Below are positions 12,621 through 25,164 of a stretch of DNA of 64,000 nucleotides, one piece after another (position 1 is the first letter of the stretch; the number at the start of each line of letters is the position of its first letter). The notes under the pieces were generated by a model, which did no database searches, had not been told where the DNA came from, and saw only the letters and a list, made by a program, of their open reading frames with translations. The translations under genes were made by a program, and so were the position numbers. The DNA is from Anolis carolinensis (taxonomy: Eukaryota): the NCBI RefSeq assembly GCF_035594765.1, contig NW_026943820.1, forward strand, positions 24,560,647 to 24,624,646. The letters are read 5' to 3'.

Positions 12621-14260
12621 TTATTATTGTTATTATTATTATTATTAGGTCTGTTACATAAGTGTATGGTATACACCCACCAGAAGTTACTCTAGGGCTG
12701 CCCTGTAGAACCTAGACAATGCTTAGAGAAGATACTTTTTCTAGGTCCTCTACAGCAACTCAATGTGAACTTCCAGCAGAAGTTGCAATTTCAGTAAAGT
12801 TTACTATTATCCATGGTTTCCTGTTTCTAGGGTAAATGGGTCATTACAGCAAATAGGTTTTCTAGGAACAAACGTACAGGCAGGCAGTAAATCTTGTCCT
12901 TCACGGGGAATGCATTCCCATCTGCAAAAGGTTTTAATTCTACTCCTAGACTATTTTCTTCTTCTTCTGAGCAACAGAGTACCTATTTTGTCTGGACTGA
13001 GCCACTTAAAGAGAGGTTGCTATGAAAGGAGGCATTTCTCTAGGAACCTATACTCCAAGAAAGACTGTCCCTCACATTAGGCAGAGAGCGGCAGTCATCT
13101 AACTCTGATAATGGCAGAAGTGGCCAAAGCAATCCCTGGCTAGCCATTTCCATAGGAGAGATATGTTGCCTGACTGGTCCTGAATCACCATAAAAGTAAT
13201 GTAGATATTATTCTGTCTTCAGGGTTAAGGCAAACATCAGTTGCTGGTCCAACTGATTCTTATTACACTTAGCAGAAGACAAGGCACCGCCTCGTTTTCA
13301 CGTCAAGATCTCAAAATACATGGAATTAGTCCTGGTCTCAGGGAATGTAATAGTAATGCTTTCACGGGCAGCAAATCTTCCGATTTATGGACTGTTGCTT
13401 TAATCCAGTACAGCTGTTTTTAAGTGCCATATATATAACTATTTCCCTCTCAAGGTGCTCCATTACAAGACATTTCATTTTATTGTTGTGGATTTCCACT
13501 GCAGATACAGTCATAAGCAGCAGCTTCTCCCATTGTAACCTCACATGATGGCAGTATAATGCGCCATAAATGTCAATGGCGTGATTGAATGTGATTATCT
13601 GGGTAGTGTGATATTACAGACACCATAAGTTAGCATAGTTCATGTCTACAGCGACTTTATGATGGAGGTTTTATTAGCAGTGCTGTTCAAATCAAGAGAA
13701 AGAATTGGAAAGGTGGGAAAGGAGTCACTTAAGCTTAAACTACAAAAGGAACAGGAAAGACAAATATTCCCAGACTGGGAACAGAGCAGAATACAAATAA
13801 ACAACAGTAAGAAGAGGAGCAGAGTTCCTTTAGACAACAGAACCCTTATGTTCACAATGCTACAAAAGTGATGATAATCAGTGGTAGACTGAGAGGCTAA
13901 TTCTTTATTTCTGAGACCACAAAAATGGCAAGACAAAAAACAAAACAAAAAACACCAGCACTGGTCATACCTTCTTTTCTGATTTTGAAAATAATTTATT
14001 TTAAAAATATTAAACAGTTTATTGGAGATTTGAGAGGCTGAAGAGTTGGGAACCACAAACAGCCACACTTTGCCCTCTCCTACTGTACACCAAATAATTG
14101 AAGTGCATTAAGATCTACCACTTGCCAACCACACGTGTCTTTCACGGCAACTGCTCTGGATTCCATTGCTTCCTTTATTCACGCACCCAGAAGGCATGAG
14201 GCATCCGCACACTCCTTTAGCTCTCCTCCATGAGGTGCATCAGTCAGTTCAAGAGAGTCT

Positions 14261-14338
14261 TTAGTGTTCTGGACTCTTCTGCAACTTCTCTCTCAAATTT
14301 TCTGAATGCACTCGGCTCTTGGCTCTGTTGTCTTGGTA
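14261..14338 (-). CDS. CMC2: CMC2 coding exon 3 (terminal)
   Basis: tttccag|YQDNRAKSRVHSENLREKLQKSPEH-TAA; total protein 76 aa. Minus-strand AATAAA at 14174-14179. Confidence 0.92.
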   Translation of the reverse strand, partial: YQDNRAKSRVHSENLREKLQKSPEH

Positions 14339-15121
14339 CTGGAAAGCAAATAATGTGATGAATTAACAATACATAAGTTATGTTAGTATATTTTAAAACT
14401 CAACATGGGCTTACTGCTGAAGAGGAGGATGCTATTTGGCAGAACACCCAATTATACACAGCTTTTATGTACAGCACACAAAATAGTCGGCTATTTCAAA
14501 AGCATCATTTGCTTTCCTAAGGCTTTCAGTAAATATTGTTTTCAAATTGTGAGGATTATACAACCGTTTCACTAGAAAACTAAATTCCATGGTGGAATAA
14601 TGACATGGCTCCTTATATGTGCACTCAAACAAAGTGATAATAGCAAGCCTATAGGCAGAAAAGGATGGAATCCATGCCAAAGGATTAATGTGTGAGACTA
14701 CATGGTCACAAAGCCTGTTCCCTTAACTCACTCTCAAGTGAAAATGATGTCAGAATGGGGAAGTTAATTATGTATTTCTTGGCATAACATTTGTCTCCAC
14801 CATTGTTTGGCCTTTACACAGTTTCACAAGCATAAAGAAACATGTTGCCCTGGAAGCGCATGTGTCTTCAGAACACAATCGGGAGAATTTTGTGGATGTC
14901 CAACAAAATCTGAAACCAGCCTTCCTCAAGCCAGAACCCTACAGATATACTGGACTACAACACTTAATGAGGTTAATAAGATTTGTAGTCCAACACACAT
15001 AATGATGGCAGGATGCAGAAAAATTCTCTAAAACCAGGGGCAGAAATATATGTATATTTATATATATTTACACTAGGCCTGTAAATGCTTCAGTTTCTTG
15101 ACCTGATGGTCAGTAACTTAC

Positions 15122-15193
15122 CTCTTTCTTTAAGCATCGCCTCATTTCTCTATCGAGGTGATTGCAATGACCAAAAAATCTCAAGAGAGAGTG
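15122..15193 (-). CDS. CMC2: CMC2 coding exon 2
   Basis: ttccag|HSLLRFFGHCNHLDREMRRCLKKE|gtaag; 72 bp, phase 0/0; contains the second CX9C. Confidence 0.95.
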
Positions 15194-15270
15194 CTGGAAG
15201 GAAGAAACAAATATAGGGAATTGCACACCTATTTTTATATATTGAAAACAGGAAAAGAAAATCCACCCTA

Positions 15271-15285
15271 TTATTATTATTATTA

Positions 15286-15332
<47 letters not shown>
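15271..15332. repeat. (TTA)n microsatellite
   Basis: Direct inspection. Confidence 0.95.
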
Positions 15333-15333
<1 letters not shown>

Positions 15334-17505
15334 GTTTATTTACAACCCACCATTTCTGTCCACAAAAGAGACTCAAAGCAAGTCAACCCAATACAAAAAA
15401 GTCTGTTGTCTATAGTGTTGCTTTCCTCATTCTGTTATGCCAAAAATACTTCAAATGTAGTGCTTCCCTTCCATATCTATCTATCTATCTAAAATGTAAT
15501 GTACGTTTGTAGGACCAAGTAAACAACAAAACCACTGGACCAAATTTGGCCACAAAAGACGTAGTCATCCAATCCTACCCTTCTGACTGGCAGTCAAGGT
15601 TGAAAACAGCTCTTCCTCCTCTAATTTGGACTTTACTTTTCTAGATTTTTTTGTTTGATGACTGTGACTTTTGTGGTCAAATCTGGTGTGATTTGGTTCA
15701 GTGATTTTGTTGTTTACTCAGTCCTACAAACATACATTACATTTTTATATATATAGATATATATTAAAAAGACAAAATAAATTATCAGCACTAAATCATC
15801 AAAAAGATAGAAAGCATACTCTCATTTACTCTTCAATATTGACAGTGTGTATATATGTATATAAATAGAGCTTTAGTTTTCTATGATCAATGATGGTTAA
15901 TTAATTCACTTTTAGCAGTTTACATCTTCTTCTCTCATCTACTTTTGATAACCTGCTCATCTATTTAGTCATCATTCTTTGGTTGTAGGGAAGTTTGAGA
16001 TATACCAACTGCCCCTATTATTTTTGCAGTGTTCAACCCATCCAGAATCAAGACATCATCCCAACTGCTGCCAGCATTGCCAGATTTATACCAACTCAAG
16101 CCTAAAGACTTCAACCACTTTTAGATTGAAATGAATTGCAATTTTAAAAACAGATTCCATTTTTAAAGATCTGCTGAACTTGGAACAATTTCAAGCTGCT
16201 GAAAAGAGAGCCAAGAGAAAGCATTTGATCCATGACAAACCGACCGTTTGGTTGGCAACATATGAATAGCAAGCAGTATTCAGCAAAGAGACAGTCCAAT
16301 AGGTTTGAGACTTATAAGAAGCTGAGACTGTGTTGCCAGGTACAGATAACCAACTCACAAAAACATTTCTGGAGATCTAACATGAAATATTCAAACTGTC
16401 ATAAAAGATATCTAAGTCAGAAAGGAAAGTTCTCTTGTAAACTGTGGTTAAAAACAAAGGGATTTATTTTAGAGAGGTAGACCATCACTACAGAAACTCA
16501 ATTTCCTCACACTGGAATCCCTTTCCAAATAATTAACTCTTGCTTGGAAATTACTCTACACCCACAGCAGCCATTTCAATGCATCAGCTGCATCATTATA
16601 CCACAAAAGCTATGTTTCCTTTGTGGCCTTATAGTGCTCAAAGATGTTTTTCAAGTAGGATACTTGCTAATGTGCCACATCTTGCTAATATATAATTAAG
16701 GGTAATGTTTCACCTATCCTCCTGAAACATGAAAGATCTGGAGCTGTTCATGAATATTAATTCAGAGGAGTTTTCCCTTGTAGCCGGGAGCAAGGCGGCA
16801 GAGCTGCTGCCGCCGCAGATGAATTTCACAGCGCAAAAGGTGGCAACTCTTAATTAGCTGCCATAGGATAATTAGGTAGCAGGAACAGGCTTCTCAGTGC
16901 TCAAAAGAAACAATAACTATCAACAAGGCATACAACCTAGAAAATGCCTTTGCTATGGGATACATTCGCAAACGGCTGTTCTAGCAGTCATAAGCAACTT
17001 TTTCCACTTTGAGGAATGTGGGCTGACAAGCAAGGATGTCGTTCCAATTTTTGTAAAATAGCAATCTCAGTTGAATGAAGAACTAGGATGACAGCACAAG
17101 CCATGACAGCCTGGGCTTGGACAGACCGGTATATTGGTCACTCTTATATCACCTTAGCCTTTAATGATAAAATCACAAATCCATTTCTTCGTGCATGGAA
17201 GCAGAGGCATATTTTAGGCAGAAAGAGTAATAATGCTTATTTCTTACACACCTCTCTGTGTAGATCAGGGAACAACAACAGATAAAATCAATGAAAAGAG
17301 CATATAAAACCAATACAAACAGTATCCACAGCTTCATTTATCCACTTGTAACCAAATATGCCCTCTGTAGCAGTTGAGGACAACCTTGTCTTGTAGATCT
17401 CTCACTACTACCATCTGAAGACTCTCTCATCTGATTTTAGGAACATGAGGATAAAAATTCAAGAGACACTTGAGAGAGGCTTTGGGGATCAATCATAACT
17501 CTTAC

Positions 17506-17586
17506 CTCTTTGTGGCACTCCTTGAGAAGACGAATGACCATGTTGCATTCTTCACTATGGAGATGAGGAGACAAATCTGGGTGCAT
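17506..17586 (-). CDS. CMC2: CMC2 (twin CX9C COX assembly protein) coding exon 1
   Basis: Reverse strand reads ATG...[27 protein letters not shown]|gtaag, matching the vertebrate CMC2 N-terminus ([14 protein letters not shown]) with the first CX9C. Acceptor ...aacag lies upstream, so the exon spans 17506-17630. Confidence 0.95.
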
Positions 17587-18837
17587 CGTGAGTTAAAGAG
17601 AACACATGGAGAAAACCAGAAGTCTGCCACCTGTTAGTATTAGAATACACTTCATATTACTCAGAATTCCCTTTGAGATGTGTTTTATGAAAGAGAGCAT
17701 TATTAGAAGCAGAGCTTAGAAGTAAATGATTAAATTTAGTCCCCATTCTATAATAGTTTGGACCAGAGGTATCCAATTTGTGGCCTTCCAGGCATTTGGA
17801 ACTCTTAATTCCCAGAAGCCCTAGCTAGCATGTCCAATGGTTAAGAATTCTGGGAGCTGAAAATCAAAACATTTGGAGGCCACAAGTTTGACATCACTGC
17901 TTTAGACTATCCATTATCCTAAAATTCAGGCAACTTTTACTGCTTGTTGCTGTCACATTTTGAAATCTACATGGTACAATGTAGGGATGGAAAACCTGGT
18001 GAAGTCCAGGTATTTTGGATTACAACTCCCATCTGTCTCTGTTACCATGGCTAATATGGAACCAGTTGCCCATAAGATTTAGAAAACAATATGTTACTTT
18101 TCCTACATTATATGATGAAGTAGGATAAAAAAAAACCAAAGTACAAATCCTTGCTCAGTCACACAAATCACTGAGAGTAGTCACTGTCTCTCAGCTTATT
18201 TTTCCAAAATGAATATAGCCCAAGGCGTGGAAGGTGAATGTACACTTTTCCACAAGGGAGTTTCCCTTCTTTTAAACTGATTATTTCCTGAAAGGTGTAG
18301 AATACTCATAACTAAAACTATATAAACAGAGCCTGATATGTTAAGTATGCTTTTTATGCATAAAAGGAACATAACTAAAATGGAAATAAAATTGCTCTTA
18401 AACACGAACAGGAGGAAAGGATACGACATCCACTCCAAGACATATAGTCATCTGAATTCATGGCTCATCTAATTTTCTCCCAAAGAATGACAGAATGAAA
18501 AAAAAAAACGTGAATAGCCAATTATGAACCATGAAATCTATACAATGACAAGACTTTCACTATAAACCAATGGTGACGACTTTGACGCAGTCTAATTCAT
18601 TCAAATGTTCATTTCTGTACTAACTGATCTCAGATCATACTGTGAAAGAAACAGACCTTTCCTTCAATGGCTAAATAAAATATGGAGGAAACCCATACAA
18701 TATATACAATATACAATATATTTTAATATTAGTATAGTATAATATTATTATATATTATTATATCATTAAATTAATACAGGAGACATGGTGGAAAGATGAG
18801 AGTTCTTTTTCCCACCCTGGACATTATACCACAGATA

Positions 18838-19160
18838 CAGTAGAGTCTCACTTATCCAACACTCGCTTATCCAACATTCTGGATTATCCAACGCATTTTT
18901 GGAGTCAATGTTTTCAATATATCGTGATATTTTGGTGCTAAATTCATAAATACAGTAATTACTACATAGCATTACTGTGTATAGAACTACCTTTTCTGCC
19001 AAATTTGTTGTCTAACATGATGTTTTGGTGCTTAATTTGTAAAATCATAACCTTATTTGATGTTTAATAGGCTTTTCCTTAATGCCTCCTTATTATCCAA
19101 CATATTTGCTTATCCAACATTCTGCCGGCCCGTTTATGTTGGATAAGTGAGACTCTACTG
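18838..19160. mobile_element. same MITE
   Basis: Both TIRs, TA flanks. Confidence 0.9.
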
Positions 19161-19164
19161 TATA

Positions 19165-19295
19165 TAAACTTCACTTGCCAAGTTTCCAACAGACCTCACT
19201 ACCTCTGAGGATGCCTACCATAGATGTGGGAGAAACGTCAGGAGAGAATGCTTCTGGAACATAGCCATACAGCCCATAAAACTCACAGCAACCCA
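19165..19295. mobile_element. Penelope-like element fragment
   Basis: CTCTGAGGATGCC..CATAGATGTGGG.GAAACGTCAGGAGAGAATGCTTCTGGAAC. Related pieces at ~32765-32885, ~59480-59555, ~60640-60710 and ~60920-61222. Confidence 0.65.
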
Positions 19296-19317
19296 ATAAT
19301 GATATTACAGTACTTAC

Positions 19318-19500
19318 CAATCCTCTCTTAATTCCTCGCTCATCAAAACAGCAACAGATTTTTTTCTTTCCAAAATCTAAGTTTGACAAAACTACTCGGG
19401 GGCGGGGGGGGGAACGAACACAGGAAGAGCATCACCCGGAAGCAAAGCTTACGCGACCGGAACTTGTTATGTTCCGAAAAAAGGAGGGGAAAGGCTTGCT
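19318..19500 (-). other. CMC2: probable non-coding first exon of CMC2
   Basis: Minus-strand donor G|GTAAGTA at 19317, next to the CpG island. The 5' limit is approximate. Confidence 0.55.
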
Positions 19501-19900
19501 GCCATCATTTTCAGAGCCAGTACTGCGCAGGCGCCAACAGAGCCCTGTCTCTCACACTCTCTCTCCTCCCCCGCTCTTAGTGCTGATTGGCTGGTTGGGA
19601 GCGCGCCCGCTGATTGGGTGATTCAAAGCCGAAGCGGCAACGGCCAAAAAAGAACGAAGATGGCGAAGAAGCGGCCGAGGGAGAGCCCGCGGCAGAATCC
19701 GCCCGTGAAGTGAGTAGGCTTGGATGCCGTTTCGCCTCAGGAGCCGCCATTTCCTGTATAATTCCCATTGAATAGAAATTTAAACAATCACCTCAGCAGC
19801 GTAGAAAACGTTAAAACCATCTCGCAAACCATGACAGGCCGCTGAAGAATAACGGAGAGAAGGGAATGGCGTATTTAGCGCGTTCGAGTTGTGCTGAATT
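19400..19900. promoter_or_regulatory. CpG-island bidirectional promoter of CMC2/CENPN
   Basis: CpG-rich. ETS-like CCGGAAG (~19436), NRF1-like TGCGCAGGCGC (~19524), two inverted CCAAT boxes (ATTGG 19586 and 19613), CHR-like TTCAAA (19622-19627), YY1-like AAGATGGCG (~19657) and GCCGCCATTT (~19743). Confidence 0.8.
19660..19709 (+). CDS. CENPN: CENPN exon 1, putative in-frame N-terminal extension
   Basis: aagATGG in strong Kozak context; MAKKRPRESPRQNPPV+AA|gtgagt. Splicing to the acceptor at 21904 keeps frame with the conserved Met at 21915. Confidence 0.5.
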
Positions 19901-19982
19901 CCTGTCAGAGTCGAAGTGGAATGTTTGCTTTTCCAGATAAGGATGAAATATGTGGGTTCGACTCGAATTAATTTATTTATTA

Positions 19983-20474
19983 CTAGCTGTGCCCGGCCAC
20001 GCGTTGCTGTGGCGAAGTATGGTGGTATGGAAAATAAAGTATTGAGGAATTGGTGGTAGTTAAGGTAAAAGGTAAAGGTTTCCCCCTGACATTAAGTCCA
20101 TTATAAATGGGTTATATAGCTGTGTGGAAGGGCCTTGAGTTTACACTGCCATATAATCCAGTTAAAATCAGATAATCTGTATTTTATGGGCAGTGTGGAA
20201 GAGGCCTAAGTGAGGCCTAACTCTGCCTGTCCCCTGGGCTGAGTGGGTTGCTAGGAGACCAAGTGGGCAGAGATTAGTCCTCTAACTGGCAGCAATTGGA
20301 TAAAAACAATTATTCCTTTCCCTCTAATTAGGACTTTACTTTTCTTTTCTTTTTGTTGTATCAACCTAGAGGCGTGGATGATGGGTTGTGTTGTCAAATT
20401 TTGAGGTTGGGGGGGCCTGTAGTTTTGTTGTTTTGTTGGTCGCCGTGATGCCATCACTCTTTTATATATATAGA
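19983..20474 (-). mobile_element. non-autonomous Helitron (variant 5' end)
   Basis: Same 3' end and body with a different 5' segment; nested in a SINE tail. Confidence 0.8.
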
Positions 20475-20695
20475 TTTATTTACAGTATTTATATTCCGCC
20501 CTTCTCACCCCGAAGGGGACTCGGGGCGGATCACATTACACATATAGGCAAACATTCAATGCCTTTTAACATAGAACAAAGACAAACAAACATAGGCTCC
20601 GAGCGGGCCTCGAACTCATGACCTCCTGGTCAGAGTGATTCATTGCAGTTAATTGCAGCTGGCTTGCTCTCCCGCCTGCGCCACAGCCCGGGCCC
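20475..20695 (-). mobile_element. tRNA-derived SINE with L2-like 3' tail
   Basis: Head GGGCCCGGGCTGTGGCGCAG and B box GAGTTCGAGGC; tail CCGCCCCGAGTCCCCTTCGGGGTGAGAAGGGCGG..(TAAA)n. The tail is interrupted by a Helitron. Confidence 0.8.
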
Positions 20696-20750
20696 AATTA
20701 ATGCAGTTTGACTCGAATTATTTGTATTATTTATTTATTTATTTGCAGTA

Positions 20751-21057
20751 CAGTAGAGTCTCACTTATCCAACGTTCTGGATTATCCAACGCATTTTTGT
20801 AGTCAATGTTTTCAATACATCGTGATATTTTGGTTCTAAATTAGTAAATAAGTAATTACTACGTAGCATTACTGCCTATTGAACTACTTTTTCTGTCAAA
20901 TTTGTTGTATAACATGATGTTTTGGTGCTTAATTTGTAAAATTATAACTTAATTTGATGTTTAATAGGCTTCTTCTTAATCTCTCCTTATTATCCAACAT
21001 ATTCACTTATCCAACGTTTTGCCGGCCCGTTTATTTTGGATAAGTGCGAGACTACTG
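20751..21057. mobile_element. same MITE
   Basis: Both TIRs, TA flanks. Confidence 0.9.
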
Positions 21058-21914
21058 TACTTCCAAACTCTGACTTACATGCAATGCTATTTGTAGGGTT
21101 GCTTTTAATTACACTTCTAGTCAACTGGAGAGAAATAAGGTCCTAGTAGCAGAGATAAAGGTTTTTAGTATAAAAGCAAATAAATACTGACTGGTTACAT
21201 TCATGGAGCGTATTGTAAGGGCATAAATTAGCTCCTTGTCATTTTATAAGACCTGTAGTATTACTACTACTACTACTTATACCCTCTAAAAAAGACTCAA
21301 AATGACTTACAATAAAACCAATTCAATACAATTTAAAATCTCAAAATATACAGTTAAATTAAATTTTAATTTAATTAATGGCATTAAAAATAAACAATTA
21401 AAACCTATTCATAGCTAAAAACCTGTAGCCTCCTTTGCTATACATTTTCATTGGTAAGAAAATTGATCTTTTTATATTTTGATACTTAACTACACAGTGC
21501 ACTCTATAGAATAGAACCTCCTGCCAATAAACAATTGAAAGTTATACAGCTTTAGTGTAAAGATAGGTTTGTCTGTCTCTTTTGACAGCTTTCAGGTCCC
21601 ATCCACACTGCCATATAAAATCCAGATTATTTTATTTGAACCAGATTATATGGCAGTGTAGACTCATATAATCCAGTTCAAAGCAGATAATCTGGATTGT
21701 ATGGGATTGTAGATCCAGCCTCATATTTCCTTGATAATGTGCTGCCGTTGCCTTAAATTAAAAAGGCCTCCACTGTTTTACAAATAGGTGGCAGCTTATT
21801 TTGAAATGTCTGCCCAATGAACACTTATCAAAGGAATCGTGTTCCCTGTTTTGGCTCTGAGATCAAAAGTATTCCAGAATGCAAGCCCTGTGTTATTTTT
21901 GAAGGGTCTTCATT

Positions 21915-22085
21915 ATGGATGTGACAGTCGCAGAATATATTCGGAGAACGGTGTTGCGAATCCCGCGTTCAGAAACCAGAACAATGTTGACCAGGTGGAA
22001 GTTTCTGTCCGACTCCCAGCTTCAGTCTTTAAACACGAATCAGAAGAAGGAAGATATATCCAGAGAAGTTGTTGAACTCTGTCAG
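21915..22085 (+). CDS. CENPN: centromere protein N, coding exon with conserved start (exon begins 21905)
   Basis: MDVTVAEYIRRTVLRIP...VVELCQ|gtgag resembles human MDETVAEFIKRTILKIP...; 171 bp. Confidence 0.95.
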
Positions 22086-22104
22086 GTGAGAACAAGGTCT
22101 AGAA

Positions 22105-22210
22105 CAGGCACAGGTAAACTTCAACCCTCCAGGTGTTTTGGATTTCAACTCCCATAATTGTGGGAGTTGAAGTCCATAACACCTGGAGGGCCCAAGGTTG
22201 CCCATACCTG
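22105..22210. mobile_element. short palindromic hAT MITE
   Basis: CAGGCA..GG.AAACTT..CCCTCCAGGTGTTTTGGA fold-back; TSD (g/a)TCTAGAA. Partial or older copies at ~35405-35508 and ~17763-17900. Confidence 0.8.
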
Positions 22211-22416
22211 ATCTAGAAAGATTTTTTGTGTGAAACCTCTCCAAATAATTTGGCAATAATCTTATTTCAAAATAGTGCATAAAAGGCATTGATTTTTTTT
22301 TCATATTTATGCAGCCTCATAAACAATCTTATTTGTGCCCTACATTTTAGATATGTATTATTTTAGTATGTCTTAATAACCATGCTCATTCCTTTAAGTT
22401 AAACTGGAACCAATTT

Positions 22417-22978
22417 ACCTTATTTACTTGAATCTACTGCTCACCATTTTGGACTGAAGTACTTCACCAAAATTAAGGTCTGCATTAAATTTGAGTGATA
22501 CGGTATCTTAGTGCTGAGCTAAAGCAAAAGGTGAAGCTGCTTCAGGAGCACCTGGAGCTCTTCTTTGAGGGACGACAACTGAAAGTTAATTGCCAGGTTC
22601 AATGCTGGGATTTGTAGTTTGATGAGGCATCAGCATTCTTTGGCAGAGAAGGCTCTGAGTCTAGACTATGAAAAACTACAGCTCCCATGATTCCATAGCA
22701 CTGAACCAAAGCAGTTAAAATGGATTCATTCTATAGCATAGGTGAACGCAAGATTTTCTTTTCTATTGTTAGAAGTTTTGATGACCTAATACTTTTGTTT
22801 TTTTAAAGAAGGAATTCTAAGCAAACAGTAATACACACCTCTTTGGGCCAAATTACAAAATGTGCACTTTTTGCCACTGCACATTACATTTAGCAGCAAA
22901 TACTTTATTTGGTTTCAGGGTTTCAAAAATTGAAGTGTGCATTAGATTCAATTGCACATTAAACTCAAGTAAATACGG
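22417..22978. mobile_element. old Tigger-like DNA element
   Basis: Ends CCTTATTTACTTGA...TCAAGTAAATACGG with TA flanks. Confidence 0.55.
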
Positions 22979-24041
22979 TACTTTAACCTTTCTCCTGTAG
23001 TTCCTACATTTTTTCTCATGTAGTAAAATTGATGAATGTGGAGTAACTCTAATTGGCCTGTTCCAATCCTTTTGCTAGATCCAGAGTAATAATACTAATA
23101 ATACATTTTATTTGTTACCCGCCTCTCCTAATGGCCTGAGGTGAGGTACAACAAAGTCAAAACATGAACATTGAATAAAACGTATACAATAAAATACATA
23201 GATAAAAACACATCATAAAAGCATACCAAACACGGGGTACAAAAATCATATGGCAGCAATAGTATGATTAGAAGTTGACTGGATAGGCTTGCCGGAAGAG
23301 ATGGGTCTTAAATTCCGATAGTTTGAAATATTGCATCATAATACATATGATAGAAGCTAAATGTTAAGTGGTTTCTTGATACAGAAATCTATTGTGTCTT
23401 TAGTGGAAAAGCCATCAATGTTTGCAGAGAATGGGTGCAGCTTTAATTTTTTTGTAATTACTGTAAATGGAAAGGAGAGGGAAAACGTCATTGACCTACT
23501 GATGACATTGAACTACAAGCCTCCAGCAACCTCTCCTAGCAAAGGGGACAAAACTGAACTAGGGATGCCACAGACCAATGTGCAGGATGTCAAACAGGAT
23601 CTTCCCAAAAGCACCTGAGTACATCCTATCAAGAAAGACCGTTGCCATTGTTAAACATCCCAGAAAGGCAGCCCATTATGATACCCATTGTGGTAATCCC
23701 AAGCATGGTTGTGGGGACACTGGAGAGGACCTTTCCAGTAACTGCCCCTCAACTCTGGAATTCCCTCCCCAGGTAATCCAGAATGGCCCATTCACTCCTT
23801 GCTGTTCTTCTCATGCCATACCAATGTTAATGCAATTTTAATATTTTTGTGTTTTAAATTATAAAAAGGTTGTGAGCCACTTTGGATCTCAGCTTCCAAA
23901 GATAACAGTGGGATATAAATTCCTAGCAATTTCATTCAAACAATATTCAGAATCTCTCATTCCTTTTAGAATTCCTGTTTTATTAGCTTCCTCAGTATTG
24001 TTTTAACATGAATTAATACATTGTTTCACATTCTCTTGAAG

Positions 24042-24087
24042 GAAAACTGTGCAACTATCACGCATGCAGCCGATCTTGACATGATTT
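24042..24087 (+). CDS. CENPN: CENPN exon
   Basis: ttgaag|ENCATITHAADLDMI+T|gtaagt; 46 bp, phase 0/1. Confidence 0.9.
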
Positions 24088-25164
24088 GTAAGTATTGATA
24101 TGTGGATATATAGTTGCTGGTTTTTATAAAGAGAAACATTTTACTTTTATTAAGTAAATCAGTTATGTTTCAGTTAAAGTCTCAGAACTTTTTGTGATAT
24201 TGTTTATATTTGTTTTTTAAATTATATAATTGTATCTAGAAAGAAACCAGACTCGCTTTTTAAAGAATATAATATTGTGGACTTCTTCCAATTCTCCTTT
24301 AAAGTTTTGGCACATTTATTTCATTGCATAACTGTACTGAACCCAGACGTCTGCTTTTTTGGCAAATGATGGGATATATTTCAACAACCTTCATTGGTTA
24401 TATGTATTATGTGAGCAAGACTAAATCAATGGTTACATTAAGGCCATAAAGTTATCCCCAATTAGATAAGAAAAGCAATTCTCTTTCTAGCCCATTCTTT
24501 TTATGGAGAAGAAAATTCCCTGTTTAATTAAACTTTCTCCTACACAAGTGTGAAGAAGAGTATTGTTCTACTCATCCATGTTTTGCAAATATATGTTTTA
24601 GTGTTTGTGTAACTTAGATAAAGTTAATCCTTTCAAAGAGCCAAAATTTTGGTTCATTTTCACATTGCTGCTATTTGTGAAAGCTCACGGAAAAATGAGC
24701 ACCTGTTCAAATTTTCAGAGAAATGTCTACAGCGGCCTGCATCTGATGAATTGGGCTGCAGTCCACAAAAACGTCTGGAAAATAACGCTAGTTAGTCTTT
24801 AAAAGAGTAATAAGAGTTTTTCTTTCATCACATATTAATTTCCTTTCAAACATATGTCCTCAAAACTCTCAAGAGTAGTTGAAATAATCAAGAAATCAGT
24901 CCTTATTGGTTTGCTTTTCTTATTTTAGAATACTTTTGTAAATATTTGCTTGCAGTTTAGTATCAAGTTTGCATGTGTTTGATTCTTCATAGATTCTGCC
25001 AGTGAAACATCTTCATTTGGCAATTTGCCTCTATGTGCCTAGCAGTCTCAAGGTTACAGACAAGATAGGTTCTGTAGGTTTGTTCTTACGTTTAATTTTT
25101 ATGTACTTTGAAACGGTACATTTTTCAAGTGTAAATATATCAATCCATATCCCCATCTGTCCGA

